In this document: positions 10,706 through 24,884 of the stretch, one piece after another
How positions within the stretch are numbered: the first letter of the stretch is position 1
Layout of the letters: every line of letters starts with the position of its first letter
Source of the DNA: Felis catus
Lineage: Eukaryota
NCBI RefSeq assembly: GCF_018350175.1
Contig: NC_058369.1
Location: 24,678,001 to 24,742,000 of the forward strand
DNA: 64,000 nt
Direction: 5' to 3'
Translations under genes and position numbers: made by a program
The notes under the pieces: model-generated
What the model saw: the letters and a program-made list of their open reading frames with translations, nothing else
Database searches by the model: none
Told to the model about the DNA's origin: nothing

Positions 10706-11224
10706 TGGACTAAAGGATCTTAAGGTACAGTACAGCAAGAGAGACAGGCAAGAAAACAGGCCATTACAATACCACTTATGAAGGGACGAAGCTCTGGGTG
10801 CTGTAGGAGCATATAAGAAGGACAGCCATTCTTTTCCCTGGAGTTCAGGGAACAGCTTCCCAAGGAAATGTCATCAAATTTCCACCCTTCCTGTCCCACC
10901 CTGTGCTCAGCCCAGAGCAGCAGCCTGCATACTCTGTGAATCCAATTGTAGGAGACCAAATCTTTGGAGAACACCTGCCCCTGGGTGGGCTTTCATAAGC
11001 TCTCTCCAGAATATTTGAAACTGGGCCATTGGAATGAGTCAGCCAGTGGGTACTGAACGGTGAGCTTGTAGCCCAAATCAGAACTAGGGCACGAAAACCA
11101 TGATGCCGAAGTCACTGAGAAATGAGCTCTAAGACCTTTGCTGGTCTGCAGAAAGGAGAATAGCTATGTAGACAGAAACTCAGATTCCTAAAGATCTAAA
11201 ATATTTGAGTATCTGACTTCTTAC

Positions 11225-11470
11225 TTGATAACCCCAATGTGGGTATCTAACTGGCTTCTCAACTTGGTTTGTTCTACACAGCACTCTGGGTTTTTATGTT
11301 CCAAATCTCTTCTCTCCCAAGGTCGTGGATCAGATTAATGACACTACCCTTTATCCAGTTGCTCAGGTCCAAACCTAGAAGCATCTCTGATTCCCCCTTT
11401 TGCTTATACCACACATCTTCTCCATCAACCAGTTTTGTCAGCTCTGCCCAGTGCCACGTTAGATCCTGAA
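11225..11470 (+). mobile_element. L2 fragment
   Basis: 'ccagttgctcaggtccaaacctagaagcatctctgattcc' L2 motif. Confidence 0.6.
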
Positions 11471-11778
11471 GCAAAAAGAAAACTGTATACTCCTATATAT
11501 ATTTTTTGAACCAAGTAGAAAAAAGTAATAAAATCTCTCCAATGGAAAAACACCACTATATCTATAGCCTCATGTTCCCCAATATGTTCATTCACCACTG
11601 CCAATCCTCATAATCCTGCCCAATAGATAGACATCATGGCCAAGTGGCCCAGGAACTAAGCACTGGTTAGAAACAACTGTTCTTGTTGCACAATGATATA
11701 GGGTCATAATACACAACAACAACAACATCTCTCTCTTTTATACATAGAGAAGTTGCAGGACTGAGATTCAAACCCATG

Positions 11779-12176
11779 TGTTGGTTCCCAAACTGGCCCC
11801 CCTATGTGGAGAGCAAGGAGAGGCCAAAGAAAGAGGCAGACCAGTCCAGTTTGGTAGGTGGCAGGTTTAATAAGCAAGGGACCTTACATACAAGGCTTGT
11901 CTCCAGTGATTGCAAAACGAGTAAATCTCTGCACCTGCCCATTAGAATCTTAAAAGTTTATGTAAAGGCCTTAACTGCATTCAGTCATGTATACTGTCCA
12001 AGTGCTTTCAACACCTTATTCTCTCAAGGCTAAAGCCTTAAAATGGCTCCCACTGTGGGAACAGTGGGAAGAGTGTACATTCTAGGGACTGGGAAGCAGA
12101 TAAGGAGCCTCAAATAACTCAGGTCCAACTTATGGGTCAAATGGTGATCATATCCTCTCAATTACTTCTTCCAACA
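11779..12176 (-). mobile_element. Solo ERV LTR (probably carnivore-lineage) inserted in a MIR
   Basis: 398 bp bounded by inverted TGTTGG...CCAACA; minus-strand ATTAAA and TATA-like 'tacataaa'; splits the MIR motif gattcaaaccca|ggcagtttggctctaga. Confidence 0.75.
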
Positions 12177-12199
12177 TGAGGCAGTTTGGCTCTAGAATC

Positions 12200-12600
12200 A
12201 ACAAGACAAATGAACTTAGTGAGTGATTGGATATGGGACAAGAGAGAGGATATAAGAATGCTCCCAGGAGTCTGGTTTGGGCAACTGGATAATGTGCCAT
12301 TCACTAAGACTGGAAATAAAGGTGGGGGTGGGTGATACAGGTTTATGACAATTTACGAATAATTTATGGGTTCAGCTGGAGCTTTCTAAATTTGTGGTGC
12401 CAAGGACCTCATGGTGGAAATATCCGGAAGGTGACTATCTCAGTGTGCTTTGAAGTCAGATGAGAGAAATATGAAGACTGTGCTTGGAAGTTATCACATT
12501 TGGTAATTAGAGTCATAGGCATGGCTGAGTAACCCAGTACAGTCATTAGCCATGGGAAGAATTTAGTTAGATGAGAAACAAAATCCCTAAACAACTCACA
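12200..12600 (-). mobile_element. L2 fragments
   Basis: 'gagtgattggatatggg...tctggtttgggcaactgg...tgccattcactaagactggaaa'. Confidence 0.55.
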
Positions 12601-14529
12601 ATTATTTGTCTTTAGGCATGCGGTTATTTGTACATGTCTCTCAACAGGATAAGTTTAATTCAAGAGAAACATCATTGGGCTGCCATAAAAGAAAAAAGGT
12701 CCAATGAACTGAGTCACTAGCACCAACACCACCACAGTTAATTGGATCAGAAATAATCATCTGACGCTTAGGAAGCCAACCTATTGGTTTAGCTAAACCA
12801 ATCTAAGCCAATTCTCTTTGCCATGAATGTTTTAAGACTTTGTAGGCCTAAGCATCATAGCAAGCATATCAAAATCCAGCACCATCAAAATGTTTTTTTC
12901 CAGGTGGAAATTTTTGAAGATTTTTTTAGCTTTCCTTTTAAAATTATTTGGCTAATTCATTATATTCACTTGTGGCCATGATTTGTCCATAATCATAGAG
13001 CATACTCAAGAATTATTGTGAGATGAGAATGAAATCTAACCTACAATTATTTTCAAATGGAATGAAATGTTTGTAAATATGAAAAACCATAAAGTTATAT
13101 TTTGTAGACATTCATAATTAAACATTTATTAATTCCCCATTTAGAGTTTCCTATGAATCTGTAATCTCAAGGTATGCAAGTCTTTCAGGGGCTTGCAAAA
13201 ATGTTGGTTAGTGTTCATATAATGTACAATTACATCAATTGCTTTAGTTCCTTGGTTTCTCATAACTTTCCATTTCCACAATTCTGGCCACTCATAAAGT
13301 CTGGGGACCCTTGATGTCCTTGGGTTCCATGAGAGGCCCCTGTGTCCCTCCAATGGATGCGTACCTTTCTTTTTTCTGCCTCAGGTAGCTTGAGCAAGTT
13401 TCTTTTCCTTGCAGCCACAATTACTCCCTGATTGGAAAAGCCATCTTCTTCATGCTTAAACAAACAATGCCCTTCATTCCAGTTCACTAGAATCCAAAGG
13501 CTGAACTTGCCTAGCTACCAGATTTCCCAAAGAAAACAAACCTGGGGGAAACCTCATAAGTAGATACTCTTATAGTTATTGGGTATTACTTACTCTGCTT
13601 CTGGAAAATGTGGCAGATGGCCACGCCAAACCCTGAGCCTGGCCTGTGTCTGTTTCTTTATGGCATTTTCCATGATATACTGCCCATCCCTTAGACCTCC
13701 CCTTCTTTCTGCATTCCCTGGTGTGGCTATTTAAAGGTAGTTCATTAGCACATTTTAAATTATGCTAAAAGCTGTAAAATTAAAAGGACTTTTTACCATG
13801 CCCATTTTTCAAGAATAACTTCAAGGTGGAAAGTCCTCTTGGAAACCCCTAAGAAGAGAATTAACTACAGATACAAAGTTTAAAAACTTCAAAATACTGC
13901 AGGCTCACATATTCTTTTGGCTTCACTCAAACCCTTACTCCTTTAGACTAGTGCTTTTCGCTACCAAAGCAGTTACATTCAAACACCACCATGTTCTCTT
14001 TCTAAAAAGCTAACAGCATTATGGAGAGTTAAGCTATTCTAGAAACCCCTGAAAAGTTCTTACCTTGAATCCTATCCACATTTCCCCCCATGCAGATGCT
14101 GAAAAGACCCAGCAAAACTTTAAGGGAGCTAATAATGAGATTCATTACATGAGAGAAAAATCATTTTTAAAATGGGGATGAGGGTGTTGAAACATGAAAG
14201 ATATATGAAATATCAATAACATAGCAAAGCCAACATTTTTTCTCTTTTCCTCCATAGTGGCAAAAGTTCAGCATTTAATAGTTATGTGTCTTCAGACACG
14301 TTACTTACTTAGAGATTCAGTCTCCTTATTCATACAATGGGAGTAGTTCGCAGTTTCTTCTGAATATGGCTATGATAAGGATAAAATAAAACCATCCAGG
14401 AAAAATCCTTAGAAGACTCAAGGAATGGTGGCTTCTCTGCCCATAATGCTGATCGTATTAGGGAAAAGAGTAAAACTTACATTGTTAGGAGTTTTAAACA
14501 AATCTGTGAAACTCTACACTAAATGGTCA

Positions 14530-14701
14530 AGACTTAAACAAGGCAAGTGAGATACTAGCTTGGGGTGCAAAATTTAAGGAGGCACCAAAATCTCAGCACT
14601 CAAGGTAAATCAAAAATAATATAATATTTTTGAAAAACAAATCAGCAAACTACAGCCCGTGGGCTGACTGCCTGTTTTTGTAAATAAAGTTTTATTGGAA
14701 C
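14530..14701 (+). mobile_element. hAT DNA transposon fossils (MER96B-like, then MER58-like)
   Basis: 'ggcaagtgag...tgcaaaatttaaggaggcacc' followed by 'cagcaaactacagcccgtgggc...tttttgtaaataaagttttattggaac'. Confidence 0.55.
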
Positions 14702-15959
14702 TTTTAGGAACAACAACAACAACAATAAATTTTTAAGAAAACAAAGAGAAAAAGAGGCTGGAGCTTCAATTATAGAGATTTTACACCCTGGTGTTCCAAA
14801 AAGAATTTCTTACACGAGGACTTTTAACTAACAACCAACTTCCTGATGTGCTTCCAGCACATCATTCCTGTGCTGTGAGAATGTCTGTGTTCATCTATTA
14901 TCTTTACAGCTCGGATAGATCTCTTTGGGAAGGAGAAAAAAACACCGCCCCTAAAGGTGGGTTCTTGTGGAGAGAAAGGGTAACCAGACACCTAGAAATG
15001 TTTCTTGGGACCAAAGTGGACTTGTTTACCCAACTTTACCAAGGACCCAAGGTCTACAAAATAAGAGCTTTAGGCTACATATTTGAAAAGTCACTGAGAA
15101 AAATGTCTGAATAAACACTCTGAGAATTCCATAAACATAAGTTGTTTTTTAGTAATAGGAAAATCGTTAATGTAATATGAAGAGTGGAATCTGCAGTTAA
15201 ACTGCAAAGATATAAGTGATGGGCCCATTAATCAACCTGCCTCAGGGCAGGGGCTGATGCTAGATAAAGGTAGAACAGGGCCTGGACCCAGAAAACAGGA
15301 GAAGGTGCTAGTTTTTCTTCCAACCATTAGGTATATATCCTACCACCTACAAAAATGGCTCAGGTTACTGAATGTTCTATCGCCAAGCAATTCTTACAGA
15401 CAGTAAAAAGCTTCATAACTTATGTTGCCAAAATTCATCCATTTCTTGAAACAGGCTTTGGATCAGCTCTGAGAAACAGAGTTCTTTTCCAAACAAAAGC
15501 TTTAACTACACAATTAAATGAAAGGGAACTAATTTGCTTGGAGGAGAATAATAAAAGAAAACAAGCTATTTTGAATGATAAAAATATGTACCAAATTGGC
15601 AACAGCTTCAGATGATACTCCTGGGTTTGATTAATGAGATATATTATCAAGTGAACAAACAAAAAGCATACTGGGTTAGAACGTTTTCTGCTTAACTTTG
15701 TAATGAAAATCCTAAAAAATAAAAAAATAAAAAAATTAGCTTACAAAAGAAAGAGAAATACATTGTAAAATAAAATTCAAACATTCCAGGAAAAGTGAAA
15801 ATCTACCCTCAGAGACAACCAACCACTTTTAACAGTGTATATTCCCTTGGATTTTTTAAATGTATATTTTAACAAAAATTGGGCCCAATTTTATTTTTCT
15901 TTCAGTATCTTTTATCTTCTCCTTTTAGCTTTAGACCTTGTCTTTCTGTCTTCAGGGGT

Positions 15960-16395
15960 TTTCACATCACCTTTCCCCACTAGCCAGAATGATTGCTCCA
16001 AGGGCTAGACACATGATCACAGCCAGGCCAGGCAGACTCCTTCCCTAGGGTTTTTCAACTGGCAAAAAGGACCTTGATGAAGGCAATTACAGAGTTAGTG
16101 GCATCCATGCCTCCACTCTTACAGAAAATCTGCAAACACGTAGAAGCAGAGATAAGAGGCAGAGAGTCTTGGCTCTGAGAACATTCAGGTCCCTGATTCC
16201 ACTGCCGAGGACCCCAAAGTTCCCATCATGCCCAAAGCTCTTCTATGCAACATTGTCTTCAACTCTCTGAGCTACTCCAGAGAGTTCTTACTACTCCTTC
16301 TAGTTCTTACGACTATGCTAGACCCATAGTAAGTTCTGTTTCTCACTGAAGCTATTTCTGCCACTTGCAACCCAAGGAGTCCGAGTATACATACA
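15960..16395 (+). mobile_element. Old MaLR LTR fragment
   Basis: Ends 'tttctgccacttgcaacccaaggagtccgagtatacataca'. Confidence 0.5.
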
Positions 16396-16569
16396 CTTCT
16401 GCAATTTGATTTTGTTCAGCTGAAACTGTGTACATCACGGAAAAGTTCATGTCAGTGCACATTGTCCTTTTCCCTTCTAATGTCTGAATCATTGTCCATT
16501 GTATGGATGAATGTTTTTGACCTTCTTCTAGAGCCAGAAACACAAGACATTTTTTAAAGTGATAAACAC

Positions 16570-16966
16570 AAGATTCTCAACATTACTAATATCAGGAAAG
16601 TGCAAATCAAAACCACAATGAGATATTTCCTCACACTAGTCAGAATGTCTAATACCAAAAAGATAAGAAATACCAAATTTTGGCAAGGATGTGGAGAAAA
16701 GGGAGCCCTCATGCACTGTTGGTGAAAATGTAAATTGGTACAGCCAGTATGAAAAATAGTACGGAAGTTCCTCGAAAAACTACAAATGGAAGGAAATATC
16801 ATACAACCTACTAATTCCTCTTCTGGGTATTTACCCAAAGAAAAAAATAATCAATTCAAAAAAATATATGCACCCCTTGTTTATTGCAGCATTATTTATT
16901 TACAATAGACAAAATATGGGAGCACCCTAAGTGTCCATCAATAGATGAATGGATAAAGAAGATGTA

Positions 16967-17013
<47 letters not shown>

Positions 17014-17510
17014 GGAATATTAGTCAGCCGTAAAGAAGAATGAAATCTTGCCCACCGTGACAACTTGGATGGATCTAGAGACTCTTAGGTATGCTAAGTG
17101 AAATAAGTGAGACAGAAAAAGACAAATACTGTATGATTCCACTTATATGTGGAATCTAAAAGACAACAGAAATAGATTCACAAATACCAAAAATAAACTG
17201 GTGGTTGCAAGGGAGAAGGAGATAGGCAAATTAGGTAAAGGGGATAAAAAGATACAAACTTCCAGTTATAAAATAAATAAGTCACAGAAATGAAAACTAT
17301 AGCATAGGGAATGTAGTCAATAATGTAATAACTTTGCATGGTGGCAGGCAGTGATTACACATGGTGAGCATTGCATCATGGACATAATTGTCAAATTGCT
17401 GTGTTATACACCTGAAACCAATATAATATTGTATGTCAACTATTTCAATAAAAAAAAGAATGAAAAAATAAATCAAAAATAAATAAATAAAAGTAAAATT
17501 AAAAAATAAG
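16570..17510 (+). mobile_element. Carnivore LINE-1 3' end (decayed ORF2 end + 3' UTR) with internal (CA)n
   Basis: 'tgcaaatcaaaaccacaatgagata', 'tgtccatcaatagatgaatggataaagaa', 3' UTR 'tacacctgaaaccaatataatattgtatgtcaactat', A tail; (CA)n at ~16969-17009. Confidence 0.9.
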
Positions 17511-18308
17511 GTACTCAAGAAATAAAATTAGGGGGAGTAGAAGGATGGATGAAACAAAAGTGACACAATGTCAATCAATATTGGAGCTAACTTCATTTTC
17601 GCTATTTTCTCTACTTAAGTGTATGCTGGAAATTTGCAAAATGAAAAATTAAAAAGAGAGAGAAAGAAGATAACAAGAAAGAAAGAGAGAGAGGTAAATC
17701 TTGCTGGGAAGTTGATGGTTGTTATGTAAATGAGAGGCCAGCACTGAAGAAGTGTGAGTAACACCCATTCCCCAACCAACCATACAGTACTCATCATACC
17801 TGCCCAAAGGAGAGTCCCCTGCGGGATTTATGATCATCTCTGCCACACGACTAAGGATTATGCCTTTTGCATGTCAGGTGTCTCCACCACACCTCGTAGT
17901 AAACTCAAACTCATCCATCCATTCAGAGGGGCTTTAAAACTCTTTGTCAGAAGAACTTAGCCAGTGACTTGAGAGGAGGCTATGTTTGCCTTATTTGTTG
18001 AGGCCCACAACCATAAGCACCGTTACTATTGAGTTTGAATTTGCCTAAAGATCTAACACCCAGTGTTTCCACCATGCAGTTTCCCAGGCATGGAGCAAGT
18101 GTAATAGAGCTGAACTTGGGTTTTATGGTCACAGAATAATGAGGTCAAGTCCCAGTCCCTCCATTTATGAGCTGTGTGGTCCTAGGTTATTTACATAATC
18201 CATCTAAGCCTATTTCTTCATTAGAAAAAAAAAGGGGAGGGGGGAGGAGGTGATTAATAGTACTTGCCCTGTAGACAATTTGAAAGAATTAAATAAGAAA
18301 CTGCATGA

Positions 18309-18432
18309 AGGCACCTGGGTGGCTCAGTCAGTAGGCGTCTGACTTCAGCTCAGGTCATGATCTCATGGTCCATGAGTTTGAGCCCTGCGTTGGGCTCTGT
18401 GCTGACAGCTCAGAGCCTGGAGTCTGCTTCAG

Positions 18433-18471
<39 letters not shown>

Positions 18472-18503
18472 AATAAGGAAAGATTTTTAAAAATTTAAAA
18501 AAA
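18309..18503 (+). mobile_element. CanSINE inserted in a MIR (~18095-18570)
   Basis: SINE head, (CT)n, A tail; TSD agaaa(c/t)tgcatg. Confidence 0.95.
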
Positions 18504-21500
18504 TAGAAATTGCATGGAAAGTTTCTATGACTGTGCTAAGCTCATAGTAAATGCTCAGTAAATGGGAAGTAACATCATCTTCTTCATGATGTACAGTGAA
18601 TTCTGTTGTTGGGGCTGTATGCGGTTTCCACTTTCTGAGTTTCTCAATTGCCAGTGTGACTTTCAAAAACTGTTCTTTCTAAACTTTCAGAACACACATA
18701 AAAAGCTGGGCGCCAGCCAGAACACATTTGGAAGCAAAACAGTCCTAAAAATAAGAAAGGGATGCATGACTTTTTGTAATGTTGGGTTTCTCTTTAAAAG
18801 AAAAATTACACTGTGAGTAAAGATCAAAATTCATTCTTTCTGTGACCTTGTTCAAAAACAGAGTTTATTGGAACATGATGCATGTCAGATGTTGTTTAGA
18901 GTGGCATATGCCCTTCTCAGGGCATTTCAAACATACGCTGCATGCCTTCATTTCTCTCTAGCGGGTATTTCAGGGCTGAAGAAGGAAGAATGGTCCTGCA
19001 TTGGAATACAACATCCACAGTGCTCACATCCACTGCGGAATACAACATCCACAGTGCCTTCCCTGGAGTATGTTCTGCAAAATAAAAACAGGTACAAGAA
19101 GAATAATTTCCTAGAGCCATAAGACAAACAGTTTGTGAAATAAAATTCAAGGGCCTTTCACATATTGGTTTTAAGTCACCTCAGGAATTCAGACTAATAT
19201 TCATAGAAAATCTACCATGGGGAAAAGTGCAACCTGATTTTGGATCCAATTTAGTGCCTCTCCAAAAATGGGCTCATTTTTGCCTGTTCCTCTGCTTAAC
19301 ACCTTCCTCTCTCACCAGTTCACCCAATTAATGTCTATTCAATTTTCAGTCTCAACTCACATGGCATCTTCTTCAGAAGCTCTCCCTGAGCCATCTGTTA
19401 GGTGCCCATGCTACCAAATCTCATTGACCCCTGCAATTCTATTGCATGGTCCTTATCATGACTATAATGGAATAACTGCTTGATTCACAGACCCAGTGCT
19501 GTCTACCCAGTGCCATCCAGCACCTATATGCCCAAGCTCCATCAGGAATAGGACCATATCTATGACATTGACATCAATGTCAGGCCTAGTATAAGTGATA
19601 TAATAAAACTGTTGAAATTTGAGAATAAAATCTTTTATTCCATGAATTTATACTATTTGGAAACTCAAAGAGTAGCCAATTTGCTAAGAAGCCTTCCTTA
19701 AGAGGGCCAGAAGACTGCCTTTATTCCACGTAACCAAAACCTCCCCCCCCACACACACCTATAGCTATTTGATGTCATGTGATCTACATTCTATGAAATT
19801 AATTGGTTATCAGTTTCAGGAAAGAAAGTGATAATTATAACAATTAACACTAATTGGATGTGTAACTGGTTAGATCCAAAAAGGAACTGACAGAAGCTCA
19901 GATAAGATGAAGCCATACCTTCCCTCCCTACTCAGGCATTCTTGAAAGAGGGTTCCAGAAAAATGCCAAAGTGTTAAAGGGTTGCTAATGATACTGCTTA
20001 CCTTCTCAAAGCACCTACAACATTAGGTTTTAGCACAATATTGAAAGGAAGACAATTCTGAGACAGCTTCCCCTTCTCAGAGCCTACCCTCTGCTTGAAT
20101 CCTCCCTGTGAGACCAGACTCACTTAGACCACAAAGTGGTCCATTCCATTATTGAATGGTTCAAAGGGTCAGGTAATTTCTTCCTACATTAAGACCAAAG
20201 TGTGTCTGACTCTAATTCCACTAATCAGAACCAGAACAAATGGATGTGTCAATAAACTAATATTTACTAATTTGGAAAATGAGGCTTACTGCTGTATTTT
20301 AAAATATAATAAACCACTAAGTTTCTTCATGATGTGTGTGAATTATGAGCAAGTATGTATATGTGTGAGTGTGCGTTATATGTTGCAGGTGTATATGTAT
20401 AAATATAATTGTATTTTGTCACATCAACATAAGTAGTAGTGAGTTTATAAGATTCTGGAGGGTGACTCCACTATAGTTATTTTTATAGCTCTTTTGTTAA
20501 TTCTCAAAACTATTAAAAATCAAAATGCGTAAATAAATTAAACTTAATTATGGACTAAACCCATAGATCTGCCTCATTTTTAATATAAGACAAGAGGTGG
20601 AAAAGTCAAATGTTTCCTCTGTTTTGCCAAAGCCCAAAACCTTTCTTTTTTGGGCAAGAAAATACTTACACCATAAGGAGTAATTCTTTAATTGCTTCTA
20701 ATTAGAATAAATGGCCAATACGTGCTGGGTCTCAGGGAACATGACTAACACTTGCCTCACCTTGCAATGACTGCAGATGTAATGTGGGTGAGGGTGTGAA
20801 AATGGGGGGCATCGCCTCAACACCACCTCCTCCTCTATCCTTGTAGCTGAAATCAGGCACCCACTAATATCAGAGTCTCGAGACTCTTTCCAACAAGTGT
20901 TGTAAAATATTAGGGAAGCTCAGATACTGAGTCATTCTTCAAATAGATTTGGGGAAGAAATAGCTTGGTTGTTAGCAGTCTATGGCTTTGGAGAGCAAGA
21001 GACTCCCTAAGTTTCACCCAGGCTCTTCCTCAAGCTCAGCCTTGACCAGCTTACTTAACCTCTCAGTAGGATGGGGATAACACCTCATATGGTTGTTATG
21101 AGGATTCCCTGAGCTAATTCATAGAAAGCTCTTAGTACAGTGCCTGGCATAAACTCTCAAAAGTCTTAGCTACACAGACATACAGGACCAGTCCTACACA
21201 GTGATTTAATTACCAACAGTGGGGCACCTATATGTTCTAGAAGCCCCCCACCAGACAAATCTGATGTGTATCCAGGATTGAGAGCCTCTAGACCAGTTTT
21301 GACCCAAATATTGACCAAGACTGGGTGAGGGGTACCTGCTATACATGACTGAGCTCTCATGGCAAGTCAATTACATGCTTCAAAAGAAGGAATGATACAT
21401 TTTTCCTAAAGAACTTCTGGGTTTGCGTGAGGGTTTGGAGGCATTTGGTGGGGGACGGGGATGTTGAGAAGAAGAGGAAGGTCACACTAGTCTTGGACAA

Positions 21501-21779
21501 AGACTGAGATGGATGAGGACAACTTAGAATCTGTTTTAGATACTGGTGATGGCCTCCACCCACTGCCCAAGGAAGTCGTATCTGAGTTCTGTGGCAAGGA
21601 AGCCTCTAAGAAATGATGGAACCACTTCCATTGTGTAAGGTTCTGTAAGACCAAGGGGCTGAAGCAAAGCTGATTCAAGGTCTAGGTGGCAAGGGACAAA
21701 ACTCACACTAATAATGTTACAACAGCCACCCTTAATACACATATTCATGCCAAGCATTTTGCATGTGTCAGTAGCACTA

Positions 21780-22010
21780 GCTGATATCCATTGAGTGCTT
21801 ACTACTTATTATGCATTAGTCTAAGGGCTTTACAAGCTTAATTTCATTTAACCTTCGGAGCAACACTCTGAAACATCTACCATTCCAGCTGCACTATAAA
21901 AGAAAAGGGAAGCTCAAAGAGGTGAGGTGACTTGCCCAAGCTCACACAGCTAGTGTGGTCAGGCTCCAACTGGGTCGTGTGCCTCCCAAGTCTAAGCTCC
22001 TGACCAACCA
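21780..22010 (-). mobile_element. MIR
   Basis: 'attgagtgcttact...gaagctcaaagaggtgaggtgacttgcccaagctcacacagctagt'. Confidence 0.75.
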
Positions 22011-23404
22011 CTAGACAACTAAGACTCTCACCATCTAACACATTCGGGACAACTCCAGAATGTCCATCCCAGCCTTCAAATAAGCAATTCCTTCTTCAGA
22101 AGATGCTCCCCACAGTCAGAGGATATAAATTTGTACCAGCCTCCTTGGAGTAGGCTGTAGCTAGGTGTTCCAATCTAAATTGTCCAAGTAGCTCTGGCCA
22201 TTCAGTCCACTTTGAAGAAAAGCAGTTGGCAATCTGTCAAAGCAAACACTGCAAAACATTTAAAAGACAGGGGGTGGGGAACAGATGTAGTCTCGAGTGG
22301 GAAGGAAGGTTAAAGAACACATTTCTTCCATGAGACTGGCTTCTAAAACATAAAATGACAAATGAACCTCAGCTTCTGGACAATGGAAACTTCTCCCAGG
22401 TTACCAGCAATAATTGTGATGCTTTTTAGCATCTCTATGGTTCGTCCTTGTCTCAATCCATTGATTTGAGAAAGTACATAATTTAGAGTAGACCTTCACA
22501 GCACCTTCACCTCAAGGGGACGAAACAGTTCCATGTCAGAAGTAAACCAGAGAGGACAATGAGATTTCTGCCTTGAAGACTTGCCTTTTGACCTTAGGTA
22601 AGTAATTGTACCACAGGGAGTTCATTAGAAGAAGCAGAAAACAGGATGGCTGACCCTCTCACATTGGCAGTTCACAGAAGAAGACCCAAAGATAAACAAA
22701 TAAGGCTTTGTTCTGTCACTGTGTTTCATTATGGGGTCGGGCTGTTTCCTGTTGCAGAACATACCCTCTGTGGCATTTATAAGCTCACTAGAAGCTGACA
22801 CTAATGACTGCTGGTAGCATATTTTAGCTTTCCACTTGTTTGATTTATCGTCCTACTAACAACACTTTGAGGAACAGAGTGCTGATTTTATCCCCACTGA
22901 TAAATAAGGAAACTGAGGCACGGGGCTTGCCAAGTTTTACATGGCTGAGACTAGCATTATGACTTCTGACCTCTCCACTAACTTCAAAGCCAATTGTGTT
23001 TATACAGAGATTGATTTAGAGCCTCTGTCTTGAACACTGTTTGACAGTAGGTATAGTATGAGCCTTAAATAAATGAAGATGCATAGGAAAGCTATGGAGT
23101 TTGGGATGTGGAAGATTAAACACAGGGAGATACTAGAGCTGAACTCAAAGGACTCCCCTAATAATAATAGAATAGCCCCCACTCAGTAAACACTTGCTTT
23201 ACATAAATATGTTTCCTCTCTTAGCACTCACCACAATCCTAGGAGGTGGAATGTAGTATTCCCCATTTGCAAAATGAAGGACCATGTCCCACAAAGTAAT
23301 TCTCCCCATATCTTGGCATTTCTCACACCAAAGCCACCCAAACTTTGCTCACCCAAACACCATTCTGCCTCCTATAACTAAGGGACTGGGTGAAGGAAAG
23401 ACAT

Positions 23405-23620
23405 TTTTTTTTAATTTTTTTTAATGTTTATTTTTTGAGAGAGAGAGAGAGAGCGCAAGCAGGGGAGGGTCAGAGAGAGAGGGAGACACAGAATCTGAAG
23501 CAGGCTCCAGGCTCTGAGCTGTCAGCACAGAGCCCGATGTGGGGCTCGAATCCACAAACCGTGAGATCATGACCTGAGCCGAAGTCTGGCGCTTAGCCGA
23601 CTGAGCCACCCAGGCGCCCC
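23405..23620 (-). mobile_element. CanSINE
   Basis: Reverse SINE ending ccaggcgcccc; TSD gg(a/g)aagacattt. Confidence 0.95.
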
Positions 23621-23764
23621 AGGGAAGACATTTCTTAAAAGTAATTCAGTGGTTTAGATCTTAAAAGTACATTATCCTACGATTTTGCATGCCAAAAAGA
23701 AAATAAGGCAAGTGTTTCTAAGGAACATTTAAATTATTTCTATGCTTCCCATTGCTATATATAG

Positions 23765-23945
23765 CATGGTGGAGTGGTTAAGCAGTCTGGCTGGCTTTGA
23801 AGCAGGAGAACTTTTTTAAGCCTCAGTTTCTTCATTAGTAAAATGGGGATAGTGTACCACCTCATAGCATTGCTGTGAGAATTCAGTGACATACAGCATT
23901 TAGCATAGCTGTCATTACATAGTGGGCACTCAACGAGAGACTGTT
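23765..23945 (+). mobile_element. MIR
   Basis: 'agcctcagtttcttcattagtaaaatggggatagt...cctcatagc'. Confidence 0.7.
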
Positions 23946-24884
23946 GTTGACACATCATAGTAACATAACAACATTGCCAATAATAAATTGGATATAATTA
24001 ACTGCAATAAGCAAAATATCCTTATTTTGGACAACTTTCTATCTTCTTTCTTGGTAATAATTATTTCTCATTGATGGGTATTTTGTTGGTGTTTATTCCT
24101 AGAAACTTAGATTTGTGACTTTGTTTGGTGGGGAGAATTCTGGAATCATTATAGAGTGATGGTTGCTTCTGCTTGGAAAACAGAAAGCCAGAACAGCACC
24201 AACAGCAGGGTGGAAAGATATAATTTATTAGTTCTTCTCCTATTGCAAAACTAGCAAAGCAGATTTACCAGATGAGGACCATGCAGGAGATGCCAGGTTT
24301 TAAGAAAATGATATTGGAGCATCCACCAACTAGCATCCAAGTATGCATGGGGGATGGCCTTTCTTGTTAAAGGTGAGGAACAACAGTAACAGCAGTGCCA
24401 GGAGCATCCCAAGTGTCTAAGTACCCTCACTATGTGGGAAGAAACAGCAGCAGCTCCAGCTGGCTGGTTCCCCGTCGAGGCTCAATGCCATTGGAAATGT
24501 CCTGAATCCCCAGGAAGAAGCCAGACAGAAAAACTCTGCAATGTTTTGTCAATGTTAACTTCTCTGTAGCCATATACCTTGCTGGGTTTGAGATCCCATC
24601 TTCATGACCTCAAGCAAGTTCTTGACCTCTCTGAGCCTTCATTTCCTCATCTGCAAATTGGTTATAACAACAGAAAACCCAGATTTAGTTTAGAAACAAT
24701 GCAACTTTGAAAATAACATTGCAATAGGTTCTACCAACAAACTAATTGAACACAATGTCACACATTGTGACTTAGACCCAAAATGTCTTTTATAGCTGGA
24801 TCAGTTGTAGAATTCTTTTTCAATAGATAATTTTCATTGTAATACTTTTTTGCCAGTTTATACACTCTGCTTCTAATTTATAGC

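Noticed and set aside
15355..15615. 86-aa ATG-initiated ORF in unique sequence
   Set aside because: No recognisable protein similarity, splice context, or poly-A/TSD of a retrocopy; length is compatible with chance
23390..23609. Recurrent ORFs such as 'MAQSVKRLTSAQVMISRF...' (also near 30, 42, 49, 56, 57 and 61 kb)
   Set aside because: Translations of CanSINE sequence, not a protein family
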